A DNA stretch of 64,000 bases from a virus. The translations under genes and the position numbers were made by a program. The DNA is taken from positions 1 through 64,000 of the IMG/VR virus record IMGVR_UViG_3300025674_000024; one strand, 5' to 3'. Below, piece by piece: positions 54,644 to 64,000 of the stretch. The first letter of the stretch is position 1. Every line of letters starts with the position of its first letter. The notes under the pieces were generated by a model, which did not search any database, was not told the DNA's origin, and worked only from the letters and a program-made list of their open reading frames with translations.

Positions 54644-56703
54644 TCAGCGGTGAAAAGAACGCGCTTAAGAGCCTCCGTGTAATCGATCTCTTCTTCGCGG
54701 GAGATCTTCAGCGCTTTTTCGTGGGGATCAAGATCCTCCTCTCTCACCACAGACTCGCCACCTGCAACTTCCTCGAAGCAAACCTGGGAAGGAAGGTTTT
54801 CTAGGATACGCATCAAAGGGGTAGCGGCGGTCTCGCCTTCCGAAAACTCGAGAGTACCAAGCTCCAAACCCTCCATGTAGTCTACAAGGTCCTCAGCAGC
54901 CACTACAGCCTCGGTCAGCCTACCCGTCTCGTAGAGACCTTCGGCAAACTGCTCGAGTTGCATGCGGTGAGCCTTACGCTCAGAAAACTCCGCTTCAGAT
55001 TTGAGCTTAGCGTTAGCGGCTTCGAGTTCCTCGAGGCGTGCCATCATCTCCTCAATCTTGGAAACGGGAGCTTCCTCGGAGTGGTTCACGTACATCACGC
55101 GAACACCCTTGCCTTTTGCTTGCTTGCCTGTGCCGCCGCCATTAGCGAGATCTAAGTACTTATCAGGGTAGCCCTTCATCTCAGGGGCTTTGCCGGTCTT
55201 CTTACGGTCTTTCTCCATCTTAGAGGACTTACCGGTCTCGCCGTCGTAACCGTCGACTTCCTCGTCGGTTCCCTTCTCGTCGCCTTCGAAGCCCTTGATC
55301 TCGGGAGCAGTTCCCTTCTTACCGCGGCCAGTTTCGCCTTCGGGACCAGCTTTTCCAACTTCGCCGCGACCGCTCTGATCGTTGTTGGGATCGAGGGCCT
55401 TGCGACCCTTCATACCGTCCTTGCCACGCTTAGGCTCAGAAGTCTTGTCGACGTACTTGTTGTCGTCGGTCTCAGCATAGCCGAGATTGATACCCTTGGA
55501 CGGAGACTTAGTGCGCACAAGACCACCGGGGCCATCCTCTTCGGGAGTCACGCCAGTGTCAGACGAAGCCACGCTGTCCATGCCACGCTTCTTCTTGCTA
55601 GGCTCAAAGGTGGGGTCCATGTACATCTCTTCATCCTCTTCCTCCATAGCCTCGCCATTTTTAGGCTGCTTTTTCACCTTGGAGGCGACGGGACCCTCTC
55701 CGTCAGCTTCTTCAGACTCCATGCCGGACATACCCTTGGGAGCGGGAGCCTTGAGGCCCTTTACCTTGCCGTCATGCTCAGCGGTGGCTTCACCGTGCTC
55801 CTCAGAATCAGACTCCTCGTAGGACATGCCCTTCTTCTTGGAGCCGCATGAACCGTAGTCCATGTCCTTCTCTTTCATAGCCTCGTCCATGGACTTACCA
55901 CTGGCCTCAGCTTTCTTTTTGGCGGCTTGCTTCTTAAGAGCGTCGGGTAGATCTTTACCTTCCATCTCCTTGGACATCACGGAGTCATCGTCCTCCTTTT
56001 CTTCGGAGTCGCCCTCCTCGCCCATCTTTTCGCCCTTGACTTTCTTGGGCTTTTTCATACCCATCATCTCACCTTCGGCGAATTCGCCTTCGATGGTTTC
56101 TTCTTTAACTTCGGCGGGAGCTTCGAGTTGCTGCTCCATCACCTCTTCCTGAGTGTTCATCTCAGCGCGAGCCTCATTGAGTTTTTCTTTAAGGAGTTCA
56201 AGAGGTCCCATGTCCTTCTTGAGTGTAGGTCCGAGTTCCGGATCGAACACGGCGTCTGGAGTAAGAGTTGTGGCGAAATCTACGATCCCGTCATCACTCT
56301 CCTCGTAAGCGAAGCCTTTAAGCCCTTTCACAGCCGGAGGTTGGGCCCCCAGCAGAGCGACGTGGCGCAGTGACCACTTACCCGGCTCTGGGTTGATCTT
56401 GGACTCGGGAGAATAGAAGGATGCGCTCACCTTCTTATAGAGTCCGTTCTGAATGTAATCCTTAGCTAAGGGAGAGAAGTCAATCTCAGCAAAGAGTTTG
56501 TCACCCTTAACTTTGACGTCCCGAACCCATCCCCATGAGGGAACTTTGTCATTGTCCTCGTGGCCAATCCGAATCGGAGCCTCGTGAACACTAGGATTAT
56601 AGGAGGAAGCGATCTCAGAGAGGTCTTTCTTTGTAAACTCTCTTGTCACCCCTTGCGCCGAGGTCTGGGTCCCGGCTTTAAAGATGTGTACTTCTTTGAT
56701 CAT
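54640..56703 (-). CDS. Prohead protease/scaffold (Mu gpI-like) with long charged linker
   Basis: IFKAG, APIRIGH, WGWV, YKKVSASFY, LRHVALLGAQPPAVKGL; GGGTAAAA at 56734-56741. Confidence 0.9.
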   Translation of the reverse strand: MIKEVHIFKAGTQTSAQGVTREFTKKDLSEIASSYNPSVHEAPIRIGHEDNDKVPSWGWVRDVKVKGDKLFAEIDFSPLAKDYIQNGLYKKVSASFYSPESKINPEPGKWSLRHVALLGAQPPAVKGLKGFAYEESDDGIVDFATTLTPDAVFDPELGPTLKKDMGPLELLKEKLNEARAEMNTQEEVMEQQLEAPAEVKEETIEGEFAEGEMMGMKKPKKVKGEKMGEEGDSEEKEDDDSVMSKEMEGKDLPDALKKQAAKKKAEASGKSMDEAMKEKDMDYGSCGSKKKGMSYEESDSEEHGEATAEHDGKVKGLKAPAPKGMSGMESEEADGEGPVASKVKKQPKNGEAMEEEDEEMYMDPTFEPSKKKRGMDSVASSDTGVTPEEDGPGGLVRTKSPSKGINLGYAETDDNKYVDKTSEPKRGKDGMKGRKALDPNNDQSGRGEVGKAGPEGETGRGKKGTAPEIKGFEGDEKGTDEEVDGYDGETGKSSKMEKDRKKTGKAPEMKGYPDKYLDLANGGGTGKQAKGKGVRVMYVNHSEEAPVSKIEEMMARLEELEAANAKLKSEAEFSERKAHRMQLEQFAEGLYETGRLTEAVVAAEDLVDYMEGLELGTLEFSEGETAATPLMRILENLPSQVCFEEVAGGESVVREEDLDPHEKALKISREEEIDYTEALKRVLFTAE

Positions 56704-56742
56704 ATTAGTAAGACTGGGACAGCCTCAAGGTGGTTTTACCCG

Positions 56743-58152
56743 TCATTCTCCTAGTATCTCGTCGATCAGGGCATTGAGCGCATCATCATCGAGATCCTCA
56801 TCTTCCTCTTCTTTCTTAGTGGGAGCGGGAGTTGGAGTCTCATCTCCCACTCTCTCCTTCTCGTTCTCCTCAGTCTCTTCCTCCTCGGGAGGAACTTCTG
56901 GGAGGGGACCCTTAGCTTGGGTGTCTTCAGGTTCCTCGAGTTCCACTTTGAAGTTGGCTTCGATCCAGTCTCGAGTGGGACGGAACCCGACTTTCTCGAT
57001 CATCACGCCGACGTCAGTCATCGTCAGAGAGGACTTGTCCTCGGTCACAAAGTGGCGACGGATCTTCGGTGCCACAACGTTAGTACCGAAGTTGAGATCT
57101 ACGATCCAGCGAACGAGGCTCTCGTTGAGAGTAGCGCACAGGAGTTCGGAAAGCTCCTGAGCTCGGACCTCTCTCACGGTCTGAGCGACCTCCGAAGAAG
57201 CTCTCGAGCCAGCCTCAGCGCTCCCTGCTTCGTCCTCTCCCGCGATGAGAAGGTTGATCTCTCTGATCAGAGAGTCTCGCAGCTGGGAGAAAGTCTCTGG
57301 AGAACCCTGCGGATTGATGAACTCGAGTTGGTAGCCCTCCGGGAGGATCAGCGCGGTCTCTTGGGAGAGGTTGGTGAGGTGATCGTAGAGAGTGTCAATT
57401 TCAGAAGTCGTAGCGGACAGAGGAGCGGTAGCTACAGCTGTCGGGTTCGCGAAGCGGTCGCTGTAAAGAAGTTGAGACTCGAGAGCTCGCCGCTTGAACT
57501 TGACGATAGGATAGAGGATCCGGCCCAGACCGCAGCCGTACGGATCTCCGTTGGCCTGAGCCCAGTAACGAAACACCATGAACTTGCGAGCGGGGAGATC
57601 TTCCCCCTCGAAAGTGTTGGCGCGAGTTACGAGCTTCATTGTGAAGCCCATGTCAGCATCCTTGTTTTCTTGAAAGAGGAAGCGGCGCACGTCCCTGGGT
57701 CGCACGTCGTAGGCCTTCACTCCGCTCTTCGTGCGACGCCACATGATCTCGCCGACGGAGAACCCGACAACGTAAGCCTCGAGCATCGCCTTGAAGATCT
57801 CGTCCATCGGGAGATCGTAGATCTGACCCTCGACAAACTCTTTCACGGCTTGGTCCCCGGGAGAATCCGAGGCCGGTTCTACAATGAGGTCTCTCGCTGT
57901 GATCTCTTGGACCACCTTCTCCCAGGCTGCTTGGACGTTAGAGTCAAAGAGCAGTCTCTGATAGATGATGAGAGCAGCGATACCGCCCTTCTGAAGGAGA
58001 AGCTCATCGTTGGGACGGACGATGACGTCGCCAGTCCCGGTGTGCATAACACCTGGGAAGTATCCGTAAACCGTCTGCCTATTGTAGGGGTTGGCTGAAT
58101 ACTGGGCTACCTCCCCTTTGGGGATAGCTGGGATTTCAAAGCGCTTTGCCAA
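56743..58152 (-). CDS. Portal protein (Mu gp29/DUF935-like)
   Basis: GFSVGEIMW, DPYGCGLGR, GSRASSEV, TLNESLVRWIVDLNFG. Confidence 0.9.
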   Translation of the reverse strand: MAKRFEIPAIPKGEVAQYSANPYNRQTVYGYFPGVMHTGTGDVIVRPNDELLLQKGGIAALIIYQRLLFDSNVQAAWEKVVQEITARDLIVEPASDSPGDQAVKEFVEGQIYDLPMDEIFKAMLEAYVVGFSVGEIMWRRTKSGVKAYDVRPRDVRRFLFQENKDADMGFTMKLVTRANTFEGEDLPARKFMVFRYWAQANGDPYGCGLGRILYPIVKFKRRALESQLLYSDRFANPTAVATAPLSATTSEIDTLYDHLTNLSQETALILPEGYQLEFINPQGSPETFSQLRDSLIREINLLIAGEDEAGSAEAGSRASSEVAQTVREVRAQELSELLCATLNESLVRWIVDLNFGTNVVAPKIRRHFVTEDKSSLTMTDVGVMIEKVGFRPTRDWIEANFKVELEEPEDTQAKGPLPEVPPEEEETEENEKERVGDETPTPAPTKKEEEDEDLDDDALNALIDEILGE

Positions 58153-58153
58153 T

Positions 58154-58507
58154 TCAGATCACCAGTGAAAGAGACAGAGGAGGTTGAAGATCTCCCGAGA
58201 CACTGTAAGTGATCGTCACAGAGTAAATACCCGTCTCTCCGTTAGTCCAGTTTCCACTTACAGATAAGTCTTGCACGGCTCCTACTTGCTCCGCGATCGC
58301 ATTGGAGATCTTCGCGTCGATCGCAGCGGGCTGCATGGTCTCAAAAGTATCGTCAGGAAGGCCGTAGTCCGCTCTCATGATCCTCTCGAAAGGCCGTGTC
58401 TCCAGCACAGAGATGATCCTCTCTTCCACCAACTGGGCATCAGTGGACAAGCTCAAGCCACCACCAGAGACTTGCAGAGGGTATGTGAGACCGCGGATGT
58501 TTGTCAT
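58154..58507 (-). CDS. Baseplate wedge gp25/GPW-like
   Basis: GLTYPL...SVLETRPFERIMRADYG. Confidence 0.85.
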   Translation of the reverse strand: MTNIRGLTYPLQVSGGGLSLSTDAQLVEERIISVLETRPFERIMRADYGLPDDTFETMQPAAIDAKISNAIAEQVGAVQDLSVSGNWTNGETGIYSVTITYSVSGDLQPPLSLSLVI

Positions 58508-58803
58508 GAGATCCTATATCGTCTGACGATCTCGGCATTGATCTTTCTTACGTAAGTATCCCATCCTTTGGGCTGCTCTTTGCCGAGACTGAGCGCCTCC
58601 TTTCGCAACTCGTCGAGTGCGATGTTGGAATACATTGAAGGGTCTATCGGACCTTTCTTTTTAACCTCAACGTCGTTCTCCATCCCGACGACAAGAAGGG
58701 AAGAGCACAGAGTCCCGAGTGAGACCTTGTGCTCCGCCGCTCTCGCCTTTAGTTCGGAATGGAGAGACTCTTCGACGTCGAACGTCAGGCGTTTCTTTGC
58801 CAC
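58504..58803 (-). CDS. Ribbon-helix-helix DNA-binding protein
   Basis: KKRLTFDVEESLHSELKARAAEHKVSL. Confidence 0.7.
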   Translation of the reverse strand: MAKKRLTFDVEESLHSELKARAAEHKVSLGTLCSSLLVVGMENDVEVKKKGPIDPSMYSNIALDELRKEALSLGKEQPKGWDTYVRKINAEIVRRYRIS

Positions 58804-58824
58804 TGTAGTCTCTCCTTGTGTTTA

Positions 58825-61800
58825 TCAGTTCAGGCCTTGCTGAGAAAGAGTGTCGGGAATGCCGCCAATACCGACGCGGACAAGATCCACTTCGATACGC
58901 TCCAGTGTGGGTGCGGGAACCACAAACAACTTTACGTTGACGAAGCCGTTCTCCAGGTTGCCGCCGGGGTTGTTCCGCTCGTCGCAGACCACCTCGAAGG
59001 CCTCCGCGGGAGTGGAACCGAACAGAGCACCTGGAATGTAGAAGTTTTCGTACAGAGTGTTGTGAGCGATCGCGCGGATCTGGTTGAACGTAACGGCCCG
59101 TCCGTCGATGATGTTGAAGATTTGACCGTCGAAGGCGGAAAGCATGCTTCCGTAAATGACGTTCAGAACCACACGGGTGTTGACAAAGGAGTAGAGAGCC
59201 TGCGTCGCATTTCCGCGGTTCACGCGAGTGCGGGAACCCCAGACGAACACAGGACCGAACACCTCCCCGGTGTCGGCATCCACGGTGCTGTAGCCAGGCA
59301 GCTGACGCAGAGCGTTGAGACCCTGTGGGTTGCTGACTTCCTGCTGCGCGGTAGAGATCTGGATCTCCACGCCGCGAGCACCGGCCAGGCTGTACTTCGC
59401 TCCTGCGGGAGGCAGTCGGAAACCGGAAGCCTCGTCGCGGTAGCGGCGAAGTGCGAGTCCTGTGACGTAGGAAGTGGGTTGGATGAACACACCCACGTCG
59501 TTCTTGACGTAGGGAGCGTAGTAGGCGAGGAAGCCTTGCGTGGTCGAGTAGGACAGAGCCTCCTCAAACAGACGGTTGTGGCTGTCCATGCCCTTCTCGA
59601 TGACGGCCATCTGGGGAACGCCGCCGTTGTTGACTCCGCGGAGCGCCTCGCTAACGAGATCACCAGCGGTAACGGCGAGGAAGTTCCACAGGTTGTTGGG
59701 AACGTCAGCCTCGGGCTCGAGCAGCTCAGCGGTCACGTAGGCACCGTAGAGGGTGTCGTAACTCTGACCAGTCTGCAGCACGTAGTGGATGAAGATGTCA
59801 TCGAACGACGTGTTGGCCTGCTCACCTGTGCTTAGGGGCACGCAGACGAAGTTGTTCTCGCCGGCGAAGTCCTGAGCGGGGTTCAGGGGGACGGCAAGAT
59901 CGTCTTCTGTGTACTGGAAGGTGTAGGGGTTGGAGGTCGAGGTCACCAGGAATTCCACACCACCGGCATTATCCACACCGGCATTGGTGATGGTGACGGC
60001 GGTACCGGCCACAGCATCAGCGGCGGACTCAGCGAAAGAGATGGTGTTCGCATCGACCTTGATCACAAAGTAGGTCGCGTCGTCGGTCAGGCCACTGGCG
60101 AGAGTAGCCCCCGTAGCGGTGTTCACCGTCACTTGGTCTCCGGTCAGGTAACCGTGGGATGTGATGGTAACTTCGTCAGCGGCGAAGGTCACGTTGGCCG
60201 CAGCTACCTCGTACACCGGCACACCCTCGGGAGTGCGGCTGTAAGAGAAGCGAACGTCGGTGCTGATATCAGCGGCGTAAGCAACGCCGTAGGGGTCGTT
60301 CACGCCGGTCTGAATTGCCACATTGGCCTCGTCGCGAACACCGGCCACGGCGAGAGTCACGTCGAGTTGGTACTTGCGACCGCGGATGTAACGCAGGACT
60401 CCGGCATCGCTGAACTCACCACCATCCAGACCCACGGCCATCTTCTTGTAGAAGCGGACGGGAGTGGAGGTCGTGATAGCGGAGGTCGGGTAGTCCGCGA
60501 AGGCCTCGGAAGCAAGATCAGAAGCGGAGCGAGCGAGACGGAATAGGTTCCGGTCGATCTGCTCAGCGAAGTACACGTCGGAGGACGTAGCCGTGGTGCC
60601 TTCGAAGATGGTCTCCGTGGCGGTGGCGATATCTCCGTCGAAGTACAGCTTGTCAGCAGTCTTCACAGGGTGGTTAGCCGAGAAGATGAGGGCGTCACGG
60701 CCGCTCATGATCACGGATTGAGTAGCGGCTCCGGCAGGGTTCAGAACCGTGGTGGAATCGGTACCCGCGGTAGTCAGAGTGATCTGAGTGCCGGCGACTG
60801 CGTTGGCGAGCGAAGTGGCGAGCCGGATGGTGTTGTCATCCACCTTGATCACAAAGTACTCTGTGCCAGTGCTGAGACCCGTGGGGGAAGCAGAACCGTC
60901 GGAGGGCAGCAGGTAGTAGTTGATTGCATCGCCGGTCGAGTAACCGTGAGCGACCACGGTGATCTCGTCAGTGACGGTGTCTACATCAGCGGCGTTGAAG
61001 TAGAACAGCGTCAGACCGCCGCTGAAGACAGCGGAGGAGGGATCGGTCACCTGACGAACGAGACCCTTGAAGTCGTGCTGAGCAGTGGGCTTCTGGAGAG
61101 TACCAGGCAGGTGTAGAGTGTTGAACGACACATCGTCAGCACCGCCGTTGGCTTCGACCAAGCTGGAGGTCTTGCCCTTGATCTCTACGGTGAATTCCCA
61201 TGCGGGATCAGCGTAGGTGAACACGAGCATGCCGCCACCATGGGGAGTACCACCGGTCGTCAGATCGATCGGCTGGTCAGCGGAAGCGCGGGCCTTAGAT
61301 GTGGCGAGCTTGATCTGTGTGCTCGACAGCGTGTTGTCGATGTCGCTGGCGATGACGTAGAACGAACCTTCCAGAGGCTGGCTGGTGACACCAGTGGGAG
61401 TGTCAGAGTACAGCGGAGCGGTAGGCAGAGGCGTGTTCTCGAAGATTGCGACGGACACCAGAGTACCTGAAGGCAGAGCATCCACGTCCCACTCTTCGGC
61501 GAGAGTGATAACGTCGGTCGCGGGAGTTACGGCAACGTCAGCGCGGACCTTCTGGTCATCCTTCATCGCGTAACGGATACCGTCGGCGATGGCGGAGTTG
61601 GCGCTGAGGATTCCGCTAGCGGGATCGTAGTTGGCCTGGGTGAAGTTGAGTGGGCTGGTGTCAGTCCACTCGTAGATCACGTTGTCCACGAGGTAGAGAC
61701 CGCCGGTCTCGAAACCGTTGGAGGGATTGTGATCCTCGAAGTTCTTGTAGGTCTGGATGTTGGTCACGAAGTACGGACCGCAGTCCACCAGAGCCATCCA

Positions 61801-62721
61801 CTTGTGGTCAGCGTCAGAGCAGACTTCCTCCATCGTCTGACCCAGGTTCACCCGGTCGGACTTACCGAACTTACGGAAAGCCGGAGGAGCGATCATGTAG
61901 CCCTGAGGCAGGTTGGTACCGTCAAACGCGGTACGAGCGGTCTGCACGTAGTCAGCGATCGTCTCTTCGCTCTCCTCCACGTTGCTGATGCCGTAGCCGG
62001 CAGCGGCGAGGATGTACTGAGCACCGGTGATGGCGTTGGAGTTCACCACTTCTACGACGGAGTTGAACACTCTGCCAGTGATGTGGAAAGCCGCTTGGTC
62101 TCCGCTTTCCGCGGTCTTACGGAGGTAAGCACCGGCGGAGATGTCGCGGTTAGCGTCGATGGCGTCCACGACGGCGTCGCGCATCGCCTTGGAGATCAGC
62201 AGGTTGTTGGAATCATTTCCAGCAACGTAATCTACAGGTGCGGTCACCTTCACGCCAAGCCAAGCACCAGCGGAGTTCACGTCACCCAGTTGGATGCCGT
62301 TGATCTCGAGCTTGATGTAGAACTCGTCGCCTTTGGAGACCTTCTTAGGAGCGGCAACACCGTTGTCGATGTTAGCGCTAGGATCGAAGGAAACACCGAC
62401 GATGATGGAGGGGATGCCCACGCGAGTCACGCGAAGGTCGCCCACGCCGCACTGCTGGAAGAAGGCCTTCACAGCGTAGTACGAATCGAGCTCAGCGCCA
62501 CTGGTCGGCAGTTCGCCGATCAGGTTCTCGTACTCGTTCAGGCTCGACACGAAGATCGGGCGGTTGTACGGGAAGGTTGCCACAGATGCGGTCTGAGGAG
62601 CCTCAACCATCATGTAGACGGTGCTGAAGCTAGCAACCGAAGCACGAGAAGCTACAGCCGATTCGTAGATAAAAGTACCCGGAGCACCGCCACGGGCGCC
62701 CCCAAGGGAAATTGTTGCCAT
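58825..62721 (-). CDS. Tail sheath protein with large internal insertion
   Basis: PGTFIYE, AVKAFF..., AYYAPY, PPAG, VWGSRT, FVNTR, AFEVVCDERNN. Confidence 0.92.
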   Translation of the reverse strand: MATISLGGARGGAPGTFIYESAVASRASVASFSTVYMMVEAPQTASVATFPYNRPIFVSSLNEYENLIGELPTSGAELDSYYAVKAFFQQCGVGDLRVTRVGIPSIIVGVSFDPSANIDNGVAAPKKVSKGDEFYIKLEINGIQLGDVNSAGAWLGVKVTAPVDYVAGNDSNNLLISKAMRDAVVDAIDANRDISAGAYLRKTAESGDQAAFHITGRVFNSVVEVVNSNAITGAQYILAAAGYGISNVEESEETIADYVQTARTAFDGTNLPQGYMIAPPAFRKFGKSDRVNLGQTMEEVCSDADHKWMALVDCGPYFVTNIQTYKNFEDHNPSNGFETGGLYLVDNVIYEWTDTSPLNFTQANYDPASGILSANSAIADGIRYAMKDDQKVRADVAVTPATDVITLAEEWDVDALPSGTLVSVAIFENTPLPTAPLYSDTPTGVTSQPLEGSFYVIASDIDNTLSSTQIKLATSKARASADQPIDLTTGGTPHGGGMLVFTYADPAWEFTVEIKGKTSSLVEANGGADDVSFNTLHLPGTLQKPTAQHDFKGLVRQVTDPSSAVFSGGLTLFYFNAADVDTVTDEITVVAHGYSTGDAINYYLLPSDGSASPTGLSTGTEYFVIKVDDNTIRLATSLANAVAGTQITLTTAGTDSTTVLNPAGAATQSVIMSGRDALIFSANHPVKTADKLYFDGDIATATETIFEGTTATSSDVYFAEQIDRNLFRLARSASDLASEAFADYPTSAITTSTPVRFYKKMAVGLDGGEFSDAGVLRYIRGRKYQLDVTLAVAGVRDEANVAIQTGVNDPYGVAYAADISTDVRFSYSRTPEGVPVYEVAAANVTFAADEVTITSHGYLTGDQVTVNTATGATLASGLTDDATYFVIKVDANTISFAESAADAVAGTAVTITNAGVDNAGGVEFLVTSTSNPYTFQYTEDDLAVPLNPAQDFAGENNFVCVPLSTGEQANTSFDDIFIHYVLQTGQSYDTLYGAYVTAELLEPEADVPNNLWNFLAVTAGDLVSEALRGVNNGGVPQMAVIEKGMDSHNRLFEEALSYSTTQGFLAYYAPYVKNDVGVFIQPTSYVTGLALRRYRDEASGFRLPPAGAKYSLAGARGVEIQISTAQQEVSNPQGLNALRQLPGYSTVDADTGEVFGPVFVWGSRTRVNRGNATQALYSFVNTRVVLNVIYGSMLSAFDGQIFNIIDGRAVTFNQIRAIAHNTLYENFYIPGALFGSTPAEAFEVVCDERNNPGGNLENGFVNVKLFVVPAPTLERIEVDLVRVGIGGIPDTLSQQGLN

Positions 62722-62799
62722 TAGAGTTTAACTCCTTCTTTGATGTTGAGAGAGCTGAGGGCTTCGGACAGTCCCACCGTGGTCCCACGTAGGGGTCTC

Positions 62800-63231
62800 T
62801 CAACCACTTTGAGTATCGGAGGATGCCTGAGGCGAGTCCAAACCGTACCCGTTGATTCTGTCCCGCTTGAGAGTGGCAAAAGCCGTGTACTCTGACAACC
62901 TCTCTGTGAAGTTGTTTAGAGTATCCCAAGGGAAGATGGCACTTGCGATGTCCACTTTTTCTGGGTTTGCGGTGTCAGGCGAAAAGTTGATCGCCGTGTC
63001 TAGTTGATTAAGAGTTCCCGGAGATCCAGCCGCAGTGCTCGAAGTGTTTTTACCCGTTTCGCCGTTGGGTCCTGTGACGAACACAGGCACTCCGATGGCT
63101 GGTTTGTTGCGGATGTCGAAGCTTTCGTTGTATTCTAGGATCTCTCGGAAGTTCCGAGAATCACCCGTGTAAGCGTAAGCTAGCTTATTCCAGGAGTCAC
63201 CCTGACTCCAAGTTCTTGTCTGTCCTGGCAT
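62800..63231 (-). CDS. LysM/tail-X-like protein
   Basis: QGDSWNKLAYAYTGDSRNFREILEYN. Confidence 0.65.
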   Translation of the reverse strand: MPGQTRTWSQGDSWNKLAYAYTGDSRNFREILEYNESFDIRNKPAIGVPVFVTGPNGETGKNTSSTAAGSPGTLNQLDTAINFSPDTANPEKVDIASAIFPWDTLNNFTERLSEYTAFATLKRDRINGYGLDSPQASSDTQSG

Positions 63232-63653
63232 TAGAACCTCCGATTACGACCTCTTAGGATGGCTTTGGCGACAGCCGCCTCAACTCTCGGCATTGACATC
63301 ACGGGGATCCCGAGCCAAGGACGTGCTGGCATCTTGGATGTCCCAGTCATGTGATAGATACCGTAGTCCGCTCCCATACGAGCCGAGAAGATGCCTCGAG
63401 CAGCCTCTGGGCGGATACGAGTGCGATCTTGCATACGCCCGGTAAGGCGTAAGATAGGCTGACCTGGATAGGCCTGGCTTTTCCAATCTCGGTACTTAGC
63501 GGAGAGAGGAGCCCACTTCTTACCTTCCTGTGGGTCTTTTTCCTCTCCCCATGCCGCTCGGTTGTCTTCTTGAAGTATCCTCGCGATCTCGTTACGAGAA
63601 GATTCCCACCAGTTCTCGTTGAGAGTCGGGACACTCAGCTTAAAGCTGATCAC
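63231..63653 (-). CDS. Virion morphogenesis protein (Mu gpG / tail S-like)
   Basis: GKKWAPLS, ILRLTGRM, YHMTGTSKMPARPWLG. Confidence 0.85.
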   Translation of the reverse strand: MISFKLSVPTLNENWWESSRNEIARILQEDNRAAWGEEKDPQEGKKWAPLSAKYRDWKSQAYPGQPILRLTGRMQDRTRIRPEAARGIFSARMGADYGIYHMTGTSKMPARPWLGIPVMSMPRVEAAVAKAILRGRNRRF

Positions 63654-64000
63654 TTCTTCCTCCGTGCCGCCCGCTTAGTCTCCTCGTTCTGCTTCTCGAC
63701 GAACTCCGATTGGATCCTCGCCATGAGAAGAACTTTGGACACAGGCTGATCTTCCAACCACTCGACCGACGAGTCCCATCTCTGCTTACACAAGTGAAAG
63801 GCGAGCTCCAACCACTTGTCTACGTGCATCACACGATCGTTGAGAAGCTCGGGTCCCATCCAGTCGGAGAGAGGCTTCACGTACGAAGCGGGAATCACGG
63901 AAAGATCATCCTCAGTCAGTCCTCCTAGTCTCATTATGAGAAGAAGAGAGAGGTGAGGCTGAGTGATGTCGGGATAGTCGTTGTTTATGAGGCTGAAGAA
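63650..64000 (-). CDS. Hypothetical tail-region protein (5' part outside window)
   Basis: Frame open to the window edge. Confidence 0.55.
   Translation of the reverse strand, partial: FFSLINNDYPDITQPHLSLLLIMRLGGLTEDDLSVIPASYVKPLSDWMGPELLNDRVMHVDKWLELAFHLCKQRWDSSVEWLEDQPVSKVLLMARIQSEFVEKQNEETKRAARRKK

Noticed and set aside
56917-59835. Long plus-strand ORFs (56917..58098, 58759..59835; also 16085..17014, 61729..62724)
   Set aside because: Antisense shadows of well-supported minus-strand genes with biased codon usage; no recognisable motifs.
63048-63055. GGGTAAAA inside the LysM-like gene as the sheath promoter
   Set aside because: Intragenic and about 330 nt from the sheath start; possible but unsupported.
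1-64000. Stop-codon reassignment
   Set aside because: TAA, TAG and TGA all end genes at sensible, often coupled positions; conserved genes are uninterrupted in the standard code.

Overview
Densely coded 64 kb segment of a large tailed dsDNA phage (myovirus: contractile sheath, tube, baseplate J/gp25), almost all on the minus strand. It has Mu-like head genes (DUF935-type portal, protease/scaffold, gp36, gpG), a large terminase, phoH, thyX, a DEDDh exonuclease and a big receptor-binding-protein cluster. Gene content and fibre motifs suggest a cyanophage-like virus (inference). Two things stand out. (1) At 22.1-31.5 kb, six genes share a [FY]-[SAN]-E leader plus a C-[QE]-R-x-D-G-[ST]-x-Y-G-T-x-G-[QT]-C-R-K-G motif, followed by different C-terminal domains: protein kinase, R-S-E ADP-ribosyltransferase, DUF3626-like and duplicated GNAT-like. 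Three of these genes are followed by a small, tightly coupled ORF. This looks like a polymorphic, probably head-packaged effector/immunity system. (2) The major capsid gene is split by two tandem, related group I introns, giving a 9-nt first exon and a 27-nt micro-exon; intron 2 carries an HNH gene. Also seen: a GGGTAAAA promoter-like motif before about 12 genes, five free-standing homing endonucleases, a CTG-started fibre gene and a frameshifted fibre remnant. Family names come from motif recognition by eye, not database searches.
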